Shown here in pieces: positions 20,414 to 33,444 of a stretch of DNA of 64,000 bases; position 1 is the first letter of the stretch, and the number at the start of each line of letters is the position of its first letter. The DNA is from Candidatus Anstonellales archaeon (GTDB taxonomy: Archaea; Micrarchaeota; Micrarchaeia; Anstonellales; J096): contig JAVYLQ010000001.1 in NCBI GenBank assembly GCA_038740615.1, positions 1 through 64,000 on the forward strand, in the 5' to 3' direction. Made by a program: the position numbers and the translations under genes. The notes under the pieces are model-generated. The model was not told the origin of the DNA, searched no databases, and was given only the letters and a program-made list of their open reading frames with translations.

Positions 20414-21496
20414 ATGTTGACTGAGATATATTCAATACTTAAGATAGAAATATTTGGCAATACTGTTGAACAATATCTCCTATTTTTTATAAGTCTATTT
20501 GTCCTGACTACTATATTCAGAATATTCAAAGAGGTGATATTAGTATCTCTAAGGAAAATAGCTGAAAGATCAACAACGAAATATGATAACTATCTTATAG
20601 ATGCAATCTCAGAGCTAAAATGGCCATTTTATACTTGGATATCATTACATCTCTCGCTTCAGGTTCTTACTCTACCCAAATCATTCAGTATTTTCTTAGA
20701 TATTCTAGCTATTATAATGATAGCTTACTATATATCAAAAGCTCTATTGAAATTCATAGAATTAGTAATTAAAGATTGGAATTCCAGAGCAGATCCTGAA
20801 GATAGAGTTGAGGATAATGTTATAGATCTTGTTGTAAATGTGGTTAGGATTGTTATAATAGTATTTGCCATAGTAACAGTACTAACGAATCTGGGGATAG
20901 ATACAACTGCATTAATAACAGGATTGGGAATTGGGGGTCTTGCAGTTGCATTTGCATTTCAGCGTATAATGGAGGATATCTTTGCCTTTTTCATGATACA
21001 TATAGATAAACCTATAAAGAAAGGGGAATTTATAGTTGTGGGGAATTATGCAGGTACTGTTGAGAGAATTGGACTCAAATCTACCAGATTGAGATCTAGA
21101 AGTGGAGAAGAGATTGTAGTATCAAACAAAGATCTATTGAATTCTTGGATCAATAATTTTGGTAGGATGAGTGAGAGAAGGTATCTACTTAGAATAGGTG
21201 TTACGTATGACACTCCTGCCGATAAGTTGGAGAGAATTCCTAAAATACTAGAAGAGGAAATAATCCGAGCTAGCAACGAACTGAAGATCAATCGAATTCA
21301 CTTTGTATCATATGGGGATTTCAGTTTGATATTTGAAGCTTATATTTCAATATATAAGGTTGATTATGTAGAATATTTGAATGTAGTTCAACAGATCAAT
21401 CTGAATATAAAAAGGAGATTTGATCAGGAAGGAATATCATTCGCATTCCCTAGTCAATCTATATATATAGAGAAGATGCCTAAGGAAAAGATTTAA
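20414..21496 (+). CDS. mscS: mechanosensitive channel, MscS family
   Basis: TM region, GIGGLAVAFAFQ, GTVERIGLKSTRLR, GISFAFPSQ. Confidence 0.93.
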   Translation: MLTEIYSILKIEIFGNTVEQYLLFFISLFVLTTIFRIFKEVILVSLRKIAERSTTKYDNYLIDAISELKWPFYTWISLHLSLQVLTLPKSFSIFLDILAIIMIAYYISKALLKFIELVIKDWNSRADPEDRVEDNVIDLVVNVVRIVIIVFAIVTVLTNLGIDTTALITGLGIGGLAVAFAFQRIMEDIFAFFMIHIDKPIKKGEFIVVGNYAGTVERIGLKSTRLRSRSGEEIVVSNKDLLNSWINNFGRMSERRYLLRIGVTYDTPADKLERIPKILEEEIIRASNELKINRIHFVSYGDFSLIFEAYISIYKVDYVEYLNVVQQINLNIKRRFDQEGISFAFPSQSIYIEKMPKEKI

Positions 21497-21522
21497 AAAT
21501 ATTTTGTATAAATAGAACAACA

Positions 21523-21635
<113 letters not shown>

Positions 21636-21665
21636 CTTTTTAAGATTATTCTATATAGAACTATT

Positions 21666-22880
21666 ATGTTAGGAACTTCTGGAATCAGAGGTAAATACGG
21701 GGAAAAGATCACTCCTAGTCTGATCTATAGAGTTTCCAACCAGTTTGCTCAAGATCACAAGAGAATCTATATAGGACATGATATAAGAGATAGTTCACCA
21801 GCTCTATACTATTCTGCTGTTTCCGGAGCTTTAGCTAGTGGGGCAGAAGTATATATGATTGATACCGTGCCAACTGGAATAATGGGATTCAGTTATCCTG
21901 GAATTATGATAACTGCTTCACACAATCCCGAAGAGGATAATGGGATCAAGTTTTTCAGAGATGGAAGAGAAATTACAAAGGAAGAAGGGGAGTTTTTAAA
22001 CAGAGAGATTATAGAGAGCAAACATGGGATAATTGTTCAGGATTATCAGAACATCATTTATGAGAGATATCTTGCTGCTCTCGAGGAGAGTTTTGAATTT
22101 GATTTCAGCATAGAACCTATAGATCTTAACTCTTCTGCGTATACTTTTTTCAACTACTACATCCAAAGAACCAGAATAAGATTAAGATTGATAGATAATG
22201 TTCCATACTTTTTGAGGAAGAGTGAACCAATTCAACAGAATGTGAAAATCGATAGAGGCTTCATGCTAGATGGGGATGGTGATAGAGTAGTTCTAGTTAG
22301 AAATGGAAATATAGTTGATGGAGATCGAATGTTTGCAGGTATGGCAAAATATATGAACGAAACTAGAGGCACAGATGTGTTAGCAGTTACTGTTGAATGT
22401 CCTATAGCCATCAAAAATTTCCTAAGCGAATATTACAAAATACACGTTACACCAGTAGGATCTAATTATATCTCTAGTATCCTAATGAATTATAAGGATA
22501 GAGGATTTGGAGGGGAGCCAAATGGCCATTATATCATACCAAAATTCAATTTGGTTAGTGATGGAATTGGTGGAATGGCCCTTATCACTGAGATGTTGAA
22601 AAGAGAATATCCATTACCAGATATATCCTATAGAGTGATAAGAAAGAAGTATCCTGTATCTGATAAAATAGAGACTATGAAAAGAATAAAATCTAAGCTA
22701 AACGGTGAATATCTGGAGATTGACGGGATTCTGATAGAAACAGAGGATATTAAAATATTGATTCGACCTAGTGGTACAGAGAGCATTTTAAGATTAACTG
22801 TAGAAGCTCCTCCTGATAAGATAGATGAGATTTTGGATAAATATGAGAGTATAATTCTAGAAAGTATTAAAAATCCATAG
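21666..22880 (+). CDS. phosphomannomutase/phosphoglucomutase (phosphohexomutase family)
   Basis: GTSGIRG, ITASHNP, DGDGDR, GGEPNGH, IRPSGTE. Start moved to ATG 21666 because 21612 lies within the 5S rRNA. Confidence 0.92.
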   Translation: MLGTSGIRGKYGEKITPSLIYRVSNQFAQDHKRIYIGHDIRDSSPALYYSAVSGALASGAEVYMIDTVPTGIMGFSYPGIMITASHNPEEDNGIKFFRDGREITKEEGEFLNREIIESKHGIIVQDYQNIIYERYLAALEESFEFDFSIEPIDLNSSAYTFFNYYIQRTRIRLRLIDNVPYFLRKSEPIQQNVKIDRGFMLDGDGDRVVLVRNGNIVDGDRMFAGMAKYMNETRGTDVLAVTVECPIAIKNFLSEYYKIHVTPVGSNYISSILMNYKDRGFGGEPNGHYIIPKFNLVSDGIGGMALITEMLKREYPLPDISYRVIRKKYPVSDKIETMKRIKSKLNGEYLEIDGILIETEDIKILIRPSGTESILRLTVEAPPDKIDEILDKYESIILESIKNP

Positions 22881-22893
22881 CTGATATTAAAAC

Positions 22894-24717
22894 ATGCGTC
22901 TCCTACTACTGCATTCTGAGCATATAGAAGTAATTCCAAAGGAGAAGGCTGTTGAAATTTTTGATGAACCAGAGAGAGTAGATTTAGATAATGTTCTAGT
23001 TGTTTTTGTATCTGTGGAAAGAGGAGATCTAGAAGAATATTTGGATAGAGCAGTTGATGATATTCTATCACATCTGAAAGCTATTGATGCTAAAAACATT
23101 CTCATATATCCATATGTACATCTGACGAATGATCCAGAGAGTCCAGTCAGAGCTAGAGAACTAACAAACAGATTGTATGAGCTATTAAAAGGGTATGTGG
23201 AAAATATATATAGAGCCCCATTTGGATGGTATAAAGAATTCAAGATTCATGTTTATGGACACCCATTATCTGAACTGAGCAAGACTTATAGGAAAGATAC
23301 TGAATATATATCAAAATCTCTTAAACAAGAATCAAATATCAAATCTAGATTTGTGATACTCTGGAGAGATAGAATCTACGAAATATCTGAATTTGATTTC
23401 CAAAAATTCCCTAATTTCAAGAAGCTAGTTGATTATGAAACAAAGAAAGTGAGAACCTATGAATCTGAACCAGTACACATAGAATTAATGCAAAGACTCA
23501 AGTTAGCTAGCCATGAACCAGCAAGTGATGCTGGTAATATGAGATATTATCCTAGAGGAAGATTGATAAAGAAGATTCTAGAGAGAATGGTTAGTGAATA
23601 TTGTATAAACGACGGTGCTCATGAGGTTGAAACTCCTATAATGTATGATTACAACCATCCAAGTCTAGAGAAATATTTGAATAGATTCCCAGCTAGACAG
23701 TACACTGTATTATCTGATCAGAAGAGATATTTTCTGAGATTTGCAGCATGCTTTGGGCAGTTTCTCATAGCCCATGATACTCATATAAGCTACAAACAAC
23801 TACCTCTGAAGCTATATGAATTAACTAGATACTCATTCAGAAGAGAACAGAGTGGAGAAGTTACAGGTCTGAAGAGATTAAGGGCATTCACCATGCCAGA
23901 TATGCATACTTTAGTGAGTGATATGGATATGGCTAAGAGTGAATTTCTGCACCAGCTAGAATTATCCAAAAGATTGATGCAAGAATTGGATTTATATGAT
24001 CACATAGAAATTGCATTCAGAGCTCAAGAAGAGTTCTTCAACCAGAATAGAGATTTCTATAGATCTGTGCAGGAGATTGTTGGAGACCGACCAATATTGC
24101 TAGAATTGTTCGATCAGAGATATGCATACTTTATAACAAAATTTGAGTTTAATTTTATTGATAGTAAGGATAAAGCTGCATCACTATCCACAGTTCAGAT
24201 CGATATTGAAAATGCAGAGACTTATGATATAAGGTATGTAGATAGTGATGGTAATTATAAAAAACCTATTATATTACATGCGAGCCTATCTGGGGCAATA
24301 GAGAGAGTGATATTTGCAATACTGGAGAGAGAAGGTATGAAAATTGCTAAGGGCGGAAAAGGCGAATTTCCCATGTTTCTAGCACCTATTCAAGTTAGGA
24401 TAATACCTGTTAGTAAGGATTATTTGGATTATGCTATTAAAATACATAATGAGATCTCACATATATTCAGAACTGATGTAGATGATCGGGAGGAGAGTGT
24501 AGCTAAGAAAATAAGAGAGGCTCAAATGGAATGGATACCAGTTATAATTGTTGTTGGTAAAGAAGAGATGGAGAGTGGAATGATAAGCGTTAGTACACGA
24601 GATGGGAAGAGATTCCATACAACTGTAAACGAGTTTATAAAAACCTATTCTAAGAATCTGAAATACACAGAGAGTCTAAATATGCCATATCTGATAAGTA
24701 AGAGGGGTGATCTATGA
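22894..24717 (+). CDS. thrS: threonyl-tRNA synthetase, archaeal type with N-terminal editing domain
   Basis: MRLLLLH, YPYVHL, RAPFGWYK, LRFAACFG, RLRAFTMPDMH, LHASLSGAIER. Confidence 0.97.
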   Translation: MRLLLLHSEHIEVIPKEKAVEIFDEPERVDLDNVLVVFVSVERGDLEEYLDRAVDDILSHLKAIDAKNILIYPYVHLTNDPESPVRARELTNRLYELLKGYVENIYRAPFGWYKEFKIHVYGHPLSELSKTYRKDTEYISKSLKQESNIKSRFVILWRDRIYEISEFDFQKFPNFKKLVDYETKKVRTYESEPVHIELMQRLKLASHEPASDAGNMRYYPRGRLIKKILERMVSEYCINDGAHEVETPIMYDYNHPSLEKYLNRFPARQYTVLSDQKRYFLRFAACFGQFLIAHDTHISYKQLPLKLYELTRYSFRREQSGEVTGLKRLRAFTMPDMHTLVSDMDMAKSEFLHQLELSKRLMQELDLYDHIEIAFRAQEEFFNQNRDFYRSVQEIVGDRPILLELFDQRYAYFITKFEFNFIDSKDKAASLSTVQIDIENAETYDIRYVDSDGNYKKPIILHASLSGAIERVIFAILEREGMKIAKGGKGEFPMFLAPIQVRIIPVSKDYLDYAIKIHNEISHIFRTDVDDREESVAKKIREAQMEWIPVIIVVGKEEMESGMISVSTRDGKRFHTTVNEFIKTYSKNLKYTESLNMPYLISKRGDL

Positions 24718-25247
24718 AGATAATTTTGATTACTGGAAAGAGAGGAGCTGGTAAAAGCGAATTAGCTAAATTACTATCATCTAGAATACCTGTATATGAA
24801 ATGTCCGATTATGTATACAGAGAGATGCGAAAAGCTGGTATAGATAGATTTGATGCAATTACAGTAGGAGAATTTGCTAAGAGATTGAGAATTGAGAGGG
24901 GAAATGATATTGTGGCAAAATTGTTGTGGGAGGATATTAGAGGATTGGATATAGTGGTTATATCTGGAGCACGTTCACCAGAAGAGGTTGAATTTTTTAG
25001 GAAGAATGCCGATGTTCTGGTTATAAAAGTGGATGCTCTTCCAGAAATTAGATATCACAGAATATTACAGAGAGCTAGACCTGGTGATGTGAAAAGTTTT
25101 GATGATTTTATTAAAAAGGAGAGGTTAGATGAAGAACTTGGAGTGGGAACTATACTAGAGGATATCATAATAGATAATAATCACGACCTAGGTGTGTTCA
25201 GATTGAAAGTAGAGAATCTGCTAAAATTCATTCTAGATCGTTCCTGA
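24714..25247 (+). CDS. P-loop nucleotide kinase (UPF0200 / archaeal dephospho-CoA kinase-like)
   Basis: ITGKRGAGKS, GARSPEEV, RARPGD; ATGA overlap with thrS. Confidence 0.75.
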   Translation: MKIILITGKRGAGKSELAKLLSSRIPVYEMSDYVYREMRKAGIDRFDAITVGEFAKRLRIERGNDIVAKLLWEDIRGLDIVVISGARSPEEVEFFRKNADVLVIKVDALPEIRYHRILQRARPGDVKSFDDFIKKERLDEELGVGTILEDIIIDNNHDLGVFRLKVENLLKFILDRS

Positions 25248-26037
25248 AGCATACTTCTACAGAAGCATTACATCTGAAGGGAGAATTGATAGTTATCTGA
25301 AAAGGTAATGATATCTTTCCGATCATATTACGTTGATCCACAGGGATGAGAGTGTGATTAGAGATAATATTAATATTCACAATACTGCAATCTCCATCTA
25401 ATATCTTTATATGAACAGTGGGATCCTGAGGAACAGTATAATTCGTTTTCCCTATATCATATGTAAATACATACCCTTCAATTAGTTCTGTGTTTATATT
25501 TTGGCATGTGGCTGAGACTAACATAGTGACATAAAGCATATTGTCCTTACAGAACACGCCTATACCCACATTCTCCATAATATCGTTGAGTATTAATCTC
25601 CTGTGTCCTACACTAGTTAGCCAACCCGTAACTACTCTCCTAGAATTCTGCAGATAATCACTATTACAATTAATATTCTCCAAATAGATTATATTCTCTC
25701 CAGCTGAGAAAAACATATATCTATTATCTAGTAATCTCATAGCTACATCTCTACCTTCCTTATCAATATGACCAAAAAAGTTTTCATAGTACATCCTCTT
25801 AGCATACAATCTGGCGATATATCCTAATCTGTTATCGTATTTATATGGACTTAGATTGGATTCCAATCTAACTCTATTTATATGTTGAAATATAATATAC
25901 TCAAATTCAGTAGGAGGTGGGTAATCCAATTTTCTAAAAATACTATCTGATTTCTGATCCTGGATTTTACCTATACAACCCGAAAGAAAGAGTAAAAAAC
26001 TAATCAGTAGAAATCTCAAAAGGTGGGCGAGTCTCAT
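25228..26037 (-). CDS. CAP (SCP)-domain lipoprotein
   Basis: Lipobox-like LFLSGC; INRVR, FFGH, AGENI, W..S.GHRRLIL, VGIGV. Confidence 0.88.
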   Translation of the reverse strand: MRLAHLLRFLLISFLLFLSGCIGKIQDQKSDSIFRKLDYPPPTEFEYIIFQHINRVRLESNLSPYKYDNRLGYIARLYAKRMYYENFFGHIDKEGRDVAMRLLDNRYMFFSAGENIIYLENINCNSDYLQNSRRVVTGWLTSVGHRRLILNDIMENVGIGVFCKDNMLYVTMLVSATCQNINTELIEGYVFTYDIGKTNYTVPQDPTVHIKILDGDCSIVNINIISNHTLIPVDQRNMIGKISLPFQITINSPFRCNASVEVCFRNDLE

Positions 26038-26149
26038 CTGGCAACTTATACCATATTCGGTATACATCGAATTTTAACTGTTCAACATTATCAACATCTT
26101 CTATTTTCTTTCTCTCAAGCCTAAAATCCTTAAGAGGAGAGTATTTCAT
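26000..26149 (-). CDS. rpoP: probable RNA polymerase subunit P (Rpo12), cysteine-free; absent from ORF track
   Basis: 49 aa MKYSPLKDFRLERKKIEDVDNVEQLKFDVYRIWYKLPDETRPPFEISTD directly after rpl37Ae with GGTGAG SD; YRIWYK resembles the RpoP core motif RIL(F/Y)K. Confidence 0.65.
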   Translation of the reverse strand: MKYSPLKDFRLERKKIEDVDNVEQLKFDVYRIWYKLPDETRPPFEISTD

Positions 26150-26376
26150 CATCTCTCACCCAACATCTTTAGAACAAATTCTCCTATCTCCGTGTATGGT
26201 GTATAAGCACCTCCTGCCATTTTAAATCCACATTTCTTACATTCCCATATACTAAATGAGACCCTACGTAATGTTTTTGAATGACATTTTGGACATTCAT
26301 ACTTAGCTCTTTGCTTAACTATGATCTCATTATAGAGTGTTCTTATTTTTTTACCATATCTATTTGTCTTTAACAT
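26149..26376 (-). CDS. rpl37ae: 50S ribosomal protein L37Ae (eL43)
   Basis: RYG..IR, CPKC...WECKKC, AGGAY.P. Confidence 0.95.
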   Translation of the reverse strand: MLKTNRYGKKIRTLYNEIIVKQRAKYECPKCHSKTLRRVSFSIWECKKCGFKMAGGAYTPYTEIGEFVLKMLGER

Positions 26377-27148
26377 CTTTCTCACCCAACACTCTATTTA
26401 ATATCTTAGGTCTATTTTTTAAAGCTATTTCTATCATTTCGTCCAATTCATCTCTATTCAAACTTCCATTTCCCATTTTCTGGATCCCAACTATATTGTC
26501 ATCTCTATCTATTGCTATACTCACTAGCACATCTGCCAATTCAGATTCCATATGTGTGGGATCTAGTAATATAACATCTTCTATTTTTGCAAATGTGCTT
26601 GATATAACATGATTCTGAATGAAATTGTCCTGAACAAATTCATCTCTATTCAGCTTATCATTTTCGATCTTTGGGATTCTTATGTTGCTGAGTGCAGCCA
26701 TACCAGCCAAATAACTAGCATCAATAGCATTACCATCATAATCTATAACATACATATCTAGAAATACAGTATAACCCTTTTTAGCCTCCAGAGCTAATTT
26801 ACCCAGATTCAACACTTCTGCACTTCTGAAACCTCTATCGACAATTCTAGATAACTCAATACCTCTCTCATCAGGAGGACCACTAACAAAACTCTCATGG
26901 GCTATAGGGGATAAATCTACATTCACTATAAAATTTCCTTTATTATCTTCGAATAGATCGCCGTATTCTATTTTTATTCCGGCTACGACCAGAGTATCCC
27001 CCAGTCTTGCTATCGCTGATCCTTCTGCAGTTTTTATTACATCATGTTTTATAGCAATCTCTCTATACTGATCAGCTTTTCTCCCATCAATCCTCTTTCT
27101 ATAATTCTTATAGTACTCTAAAAATGTCTCTCTTGAATAATGAATCAT
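26360..27148 (-). CDS. rrp42: exosome complex component Rrp42
   Basis: RIDGR, AEGSA, GPPDE, LSRIVDRGFR, DYDGN, GIQKMG. Confidence 0.93.
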   Translation of the reverse strand: MIHYSRETFLEYYKNYRKRIDGRKADQYREIAIKHDVIKTAEGSAIARLGDTLVVAGIKIEYGDLFEDNKGNFIVNVDLSPIAHESFVSGPPDERGIELSRIVDRGFRSAEVLNLGKLALEAKKGYTVFLDMYVIDYDGNAIDASYLAGMAALSNIRIPKIENDKLNRDEFVQDNFIQNHVISSTFAKIEDVILLDPTHMESELADVLVSIAIDRDDNIVGIQKMGNGSLNRDELDEMIEIALKNRPKILNRVLGEKDVKDK

Positions 27149-27849
27149 ATATATCTCACCAGATCATTGCTCAGCTCTTTAGAATATCTTCTTGTAAAAG
27201 CATCTCTGATTAGATTTTCGAAAAACTCTCTTTTCGATCGAACCATTTCAATAGCGCTCTTCAATTCTTCATAACTTATCTTCCCATCAAGTTGTAGTAA
27301 TAATATATCGCCTTTCCTAGTAATGCATATAGGTATATCTCCTTGACCTAGATTATCTTCCTCCTTGGATAGATCCAACACGATCTCATTATTCACCTTA
27401 CCTGCAGATATTCCATAACCTATATCTCTAAGAGCTATACCCGCATCTATTAATGCTGCAACCGCAGCTACAAAAGATGCTACTCTTGTACCTCCTTCAG
27501 CCTGTAAAACTAGTATCTGTACTTCTATCAGACCACCAGGATATCTATCTACTAGTATCAAATTAGATAGAGCTTCCCTTAAAACTTTTGAAATCTCCAC
27601 AGCTCTCCTATTTGGAACGTATTTGCCATGCTCCTCCAGAGAACAGAATGTCGCCATTCTGTATTCTACCTTAATAATAGCTCTCTCAAGATTCTCTATA
27701 GCCGGAGGTGCCTCCTCAGGGCCATATACACCTACAAGTATCTTATTCATTCCCCATTCGATATATGCAGATCCCTTAGCATTTCTTAAAATCCCAACTT
27801 CCAACTTAATATTCCTCAATTCATCTTTCTGTCTACCATCAGATCTCAT
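27145..27849 (-). CDS. rrp41: exosome complex exonuclease Rrp41
   Basis: RSDGR..DELR, GSAYIEWG, VYGP, RRAVEISK, QAEGGTR, DLSKEED. Confidence 0.94.
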   Translation of the reverse strand: MRSDGRQKDELRNIKLEVGILRNAKGSAYIEWGMNKILVGVYGPEEAPPAIENLERAIIKVEYRMATFCSLEEHGKYVPNRRAVEISKVLREALSNLILVDRYPGGLIEVQILVLQAEGGTRVASFVAAVAALIDAGIALRDIGYGISAGKVNNEIVLDLSKEEDNLGQGDIPICITRKGDILLLQLDGKISYEELKSAIEMVRSKREFFENLIRDAFTRRYSKELSNDLVRYI

Positions 27850-28370
27850 CTACCATCACCAAAATTCTTCATGATATAATCTGTAAGCCCTCTTATATGA
27901 GCTCTCTTAACAATAGTGTTTATTATATCAATAGCACGACTAAAATCACCTCTTCCTATCCAGATGATCCCATTCCTACCTACTTCTAGCTTGCTGTTGG
28001 ATAATTTTTCTATAAGCTTAAGCATTTCCCCTTTTGATCCTACAATCCTACCAACTTTGGATTCTGGAACTCTATAGATAACACCATTACGCAATAATCT
28101 AACATTCTCTAGAGTCTCTCCAGTTTGGGATACAACTCCTATAACATAATCTCCTATGTTTAATCTTATCTCCAAACCTCTGATCATAATACTCATAGCA
28201 TAGAATGAAGAGATATCTACAATATATGCTACATTCTTCTTCTCAGCAATTATTTTACCTATAACCACATCCTTAGGTTTAGGGATATATACAGTTTCTA
28301 TAGCCGCATCTATGCCCTCTAAGTGTAAGTTATATATATTCTCCATATCTCCTGGTAGAATTACTCTCAT
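27846..28370 (-). CDS. rrp4: exosome RNA-binding protein Rrp4, shortened
   Basis: VILPGD, YIPK..DVVIGKI (S1 domain), KVGRIVGSKG (KH), GRNGIIW, AHIRGLTD. Confidence 0.9.
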   Translation of the reverse strand: MRVILPGDMENIYNLHLEGIDAAIETVYIPKPKDVVIGKIIAEKKNVAYIVDISSFYAMSIMIRGLEIRLNIGDYVIGVVSQTGETLENVRLLRNGVIYRVPESKVGRIVGSKGEMLKLIEKLSNSKLEVGRNGIIWIGRGDFSRAIDIINTIVKRAHIRGLTDYIMKNFGDGR

Positions 28371-29069
28371 CTAATCTTTCACCTTTAGCAGTTTGCTCTC
28401 CACTTTACCTCCAGATAATTTGTTTAATCTATCGTAAAACTCTCCCTGGAGGCCAGCTAGTAGCTCTATATGAGCTACAATTGATCCATCGTTTGATTCC
28501 TCTAATTTAAGGGGGTTTAGAGATTTGATATAACCGTATACTTTGTAAGCGACATCTGCGGGAACTCTAATCTCGATAATTACTGATGCCATTTTGATAG
28601 GTAGTATTTTTCTTAATTGCTCTAGAATCTCCTTGGCTTGCTGCTCAACTGGTTTGAACGGATCTATGTTATATTTTATATTATTCATTGCATTCTCTAT
28701 TCTAAGAGGTGGTATGGGCAGATTTGTCTGTCCATCAATACAGTTCTTGGCTAGAAAATCTATTATTTGCTTCCTTTTCTTCTCAACCATCTTTCTTCTC
28801 TGTTCAGTAGTTAACTGTACTTCCCCTTTCTCCAAGATTGTCTTAAGTATTATCTGTATATCATCTGTACCAAATGCCTTCTTTATATTACTAGGTGATT
28901 GACGCTCACCCTTTTTGAAATTCTTATAAACTTCCTCTACTACCAATATATTATTTAGATCTTTTTTTGTACCTTCTAGGTAGGCATATGTCTTATCAGG
29001 ATCTAGCAATACCTCAAAGTGTTCTCCCCCTATTACAATTCTTCCTATAATGGCTTTATTAAGATCCAT
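28371..29069 (-). CDS. ribosome assembly factor SBDS
   Basis: GEHFEVL, KAFGTDD, GEVQLTTEQRR, PPLRIENAM, DPFKPVEQQ. Confidence 0.95.
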   Translation of the reverse strand: MDLNKAIIGRIVIGGEHFEVLLDPDKTYAYLEGTKKDLNNILVVEEVYKNFKKGERQSPSNIKKAFGTDDIQIILKTILEKGEVQLTTEQRRKMVEKKRKQIIDFLAKNCIDGQTNLPIPPLRIENAMNNIKYNIDPFKPVEQQAKEILEQLRKILPIKMASVIIEIRVPADVAYKVYGYIKSLNPLKLEESNDGSIVAHIELLAGLQGEFYDRLNKLSGGKVESKLLKVKD

Positions 29070-29493
29070 TATCCCCACCCTGCATAGTAATATCCTTTTT
29101 TAATACTACATTATCAAGGTTAAATAGCTCTTTGAATATCTTTCTAGCAGCTCTCAATTTGGAATTGTTATTACCAAATGCAAACTTTACATCTTTTGGT
29201 TCTATAAATAGGATTAACGTTTTCTCCATATTAACATTCATCACATCATATTTATTTATTTTAGAATTATTGAAGAACAATTTTACGAATTCCTCTAGTT
29301 TATCACTATATTTAAGAATAATAATTTTCTTATTGAAAGATTCAGACAATATCTTCAGTCTCTTCAGGCCCAATTCAGGATTCTTAACTATAAAATATAG
29401 ATAATTATCATCTTGATAAACTGCCTCTGGAAATTCTCCTATCAATCTATTGTATTCATTAATATAATAGATATCTTTATCAGAGATTTCCAT
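29059..29493 (-). CDS. nusA: NusA-like KH protein, divergent
   Basis: Position after rpl30e; KKIIILKYSD..EEFVK and AFGNNNSK resemble archaeal NusA with degenerate GxxG motifs. Confidence 0.7.
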   Translation of the reverse strand: MEISDKDIYYINEYNRLIGEFPEAVYQDDNYLYFIVKNPELGLKRLKILSESFNKKIIILKYSDKLEEFVKLFFNNSKINKYDVMNVNMEKTLILFIEPKDVKFAFGNNNSKLRAARKIFKELFNLDNVVLKKDITMQGGDNGS

Positions 29494-29495
29494 CT

Positions 29496-29831
29496 TTAGA
29501 ATTTTGCCTCTCCTTTCTCTAGAACCGCTACTGCTGATACTAAAAATGGCTTTCCTATAGTCTGTCCAATCTCCAGAGAAGTATTGATGTAGATAGGAAT
29601 GAGATTCTTCTCTTTACATCTCTCTTCCAAACTTTTTAACACATCATCTCTTGCGTTTTTTGCTATGAATACAGCGATTGGTTTAGAGTTCTTTAGAGTA
29701 TCAATTACCTCTTTATAACCATAAACCACTTTACCTGTTTCAGCAGCCAATCTTAAATTTTCCAGGTTCGGATCCAGAGAGATTCTTTTAGATCTCTTTC
29801 TAACCAATATCTTTTCGCGTTTCTCTTCCAT
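29496..29831 (-). CDS. rpl30e: 50S ribosomal protein L30e
   Basis: LAAETGKVVYG, SLEIG..IGKPF.VSA; ATG 29831 preferred over GTG 29840. Confidence 0.92.
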   Translation of the reverse strand: MEEKREKILVRKRSKRISLDPNLENLRLAAETGKVVYGYKEVIDTLKNSKPIAVFIAKNARDDVLKSLEERCKEKNLIPIYINTSLEIGQTIGKPFLVSAVAVLEKGEAKF

Positions 29832-29842
29832 ATCAATCACAT

Positions 29843-33424
<3,582 letters not shown>

Positions 33425-33444
<20 letters not shown>

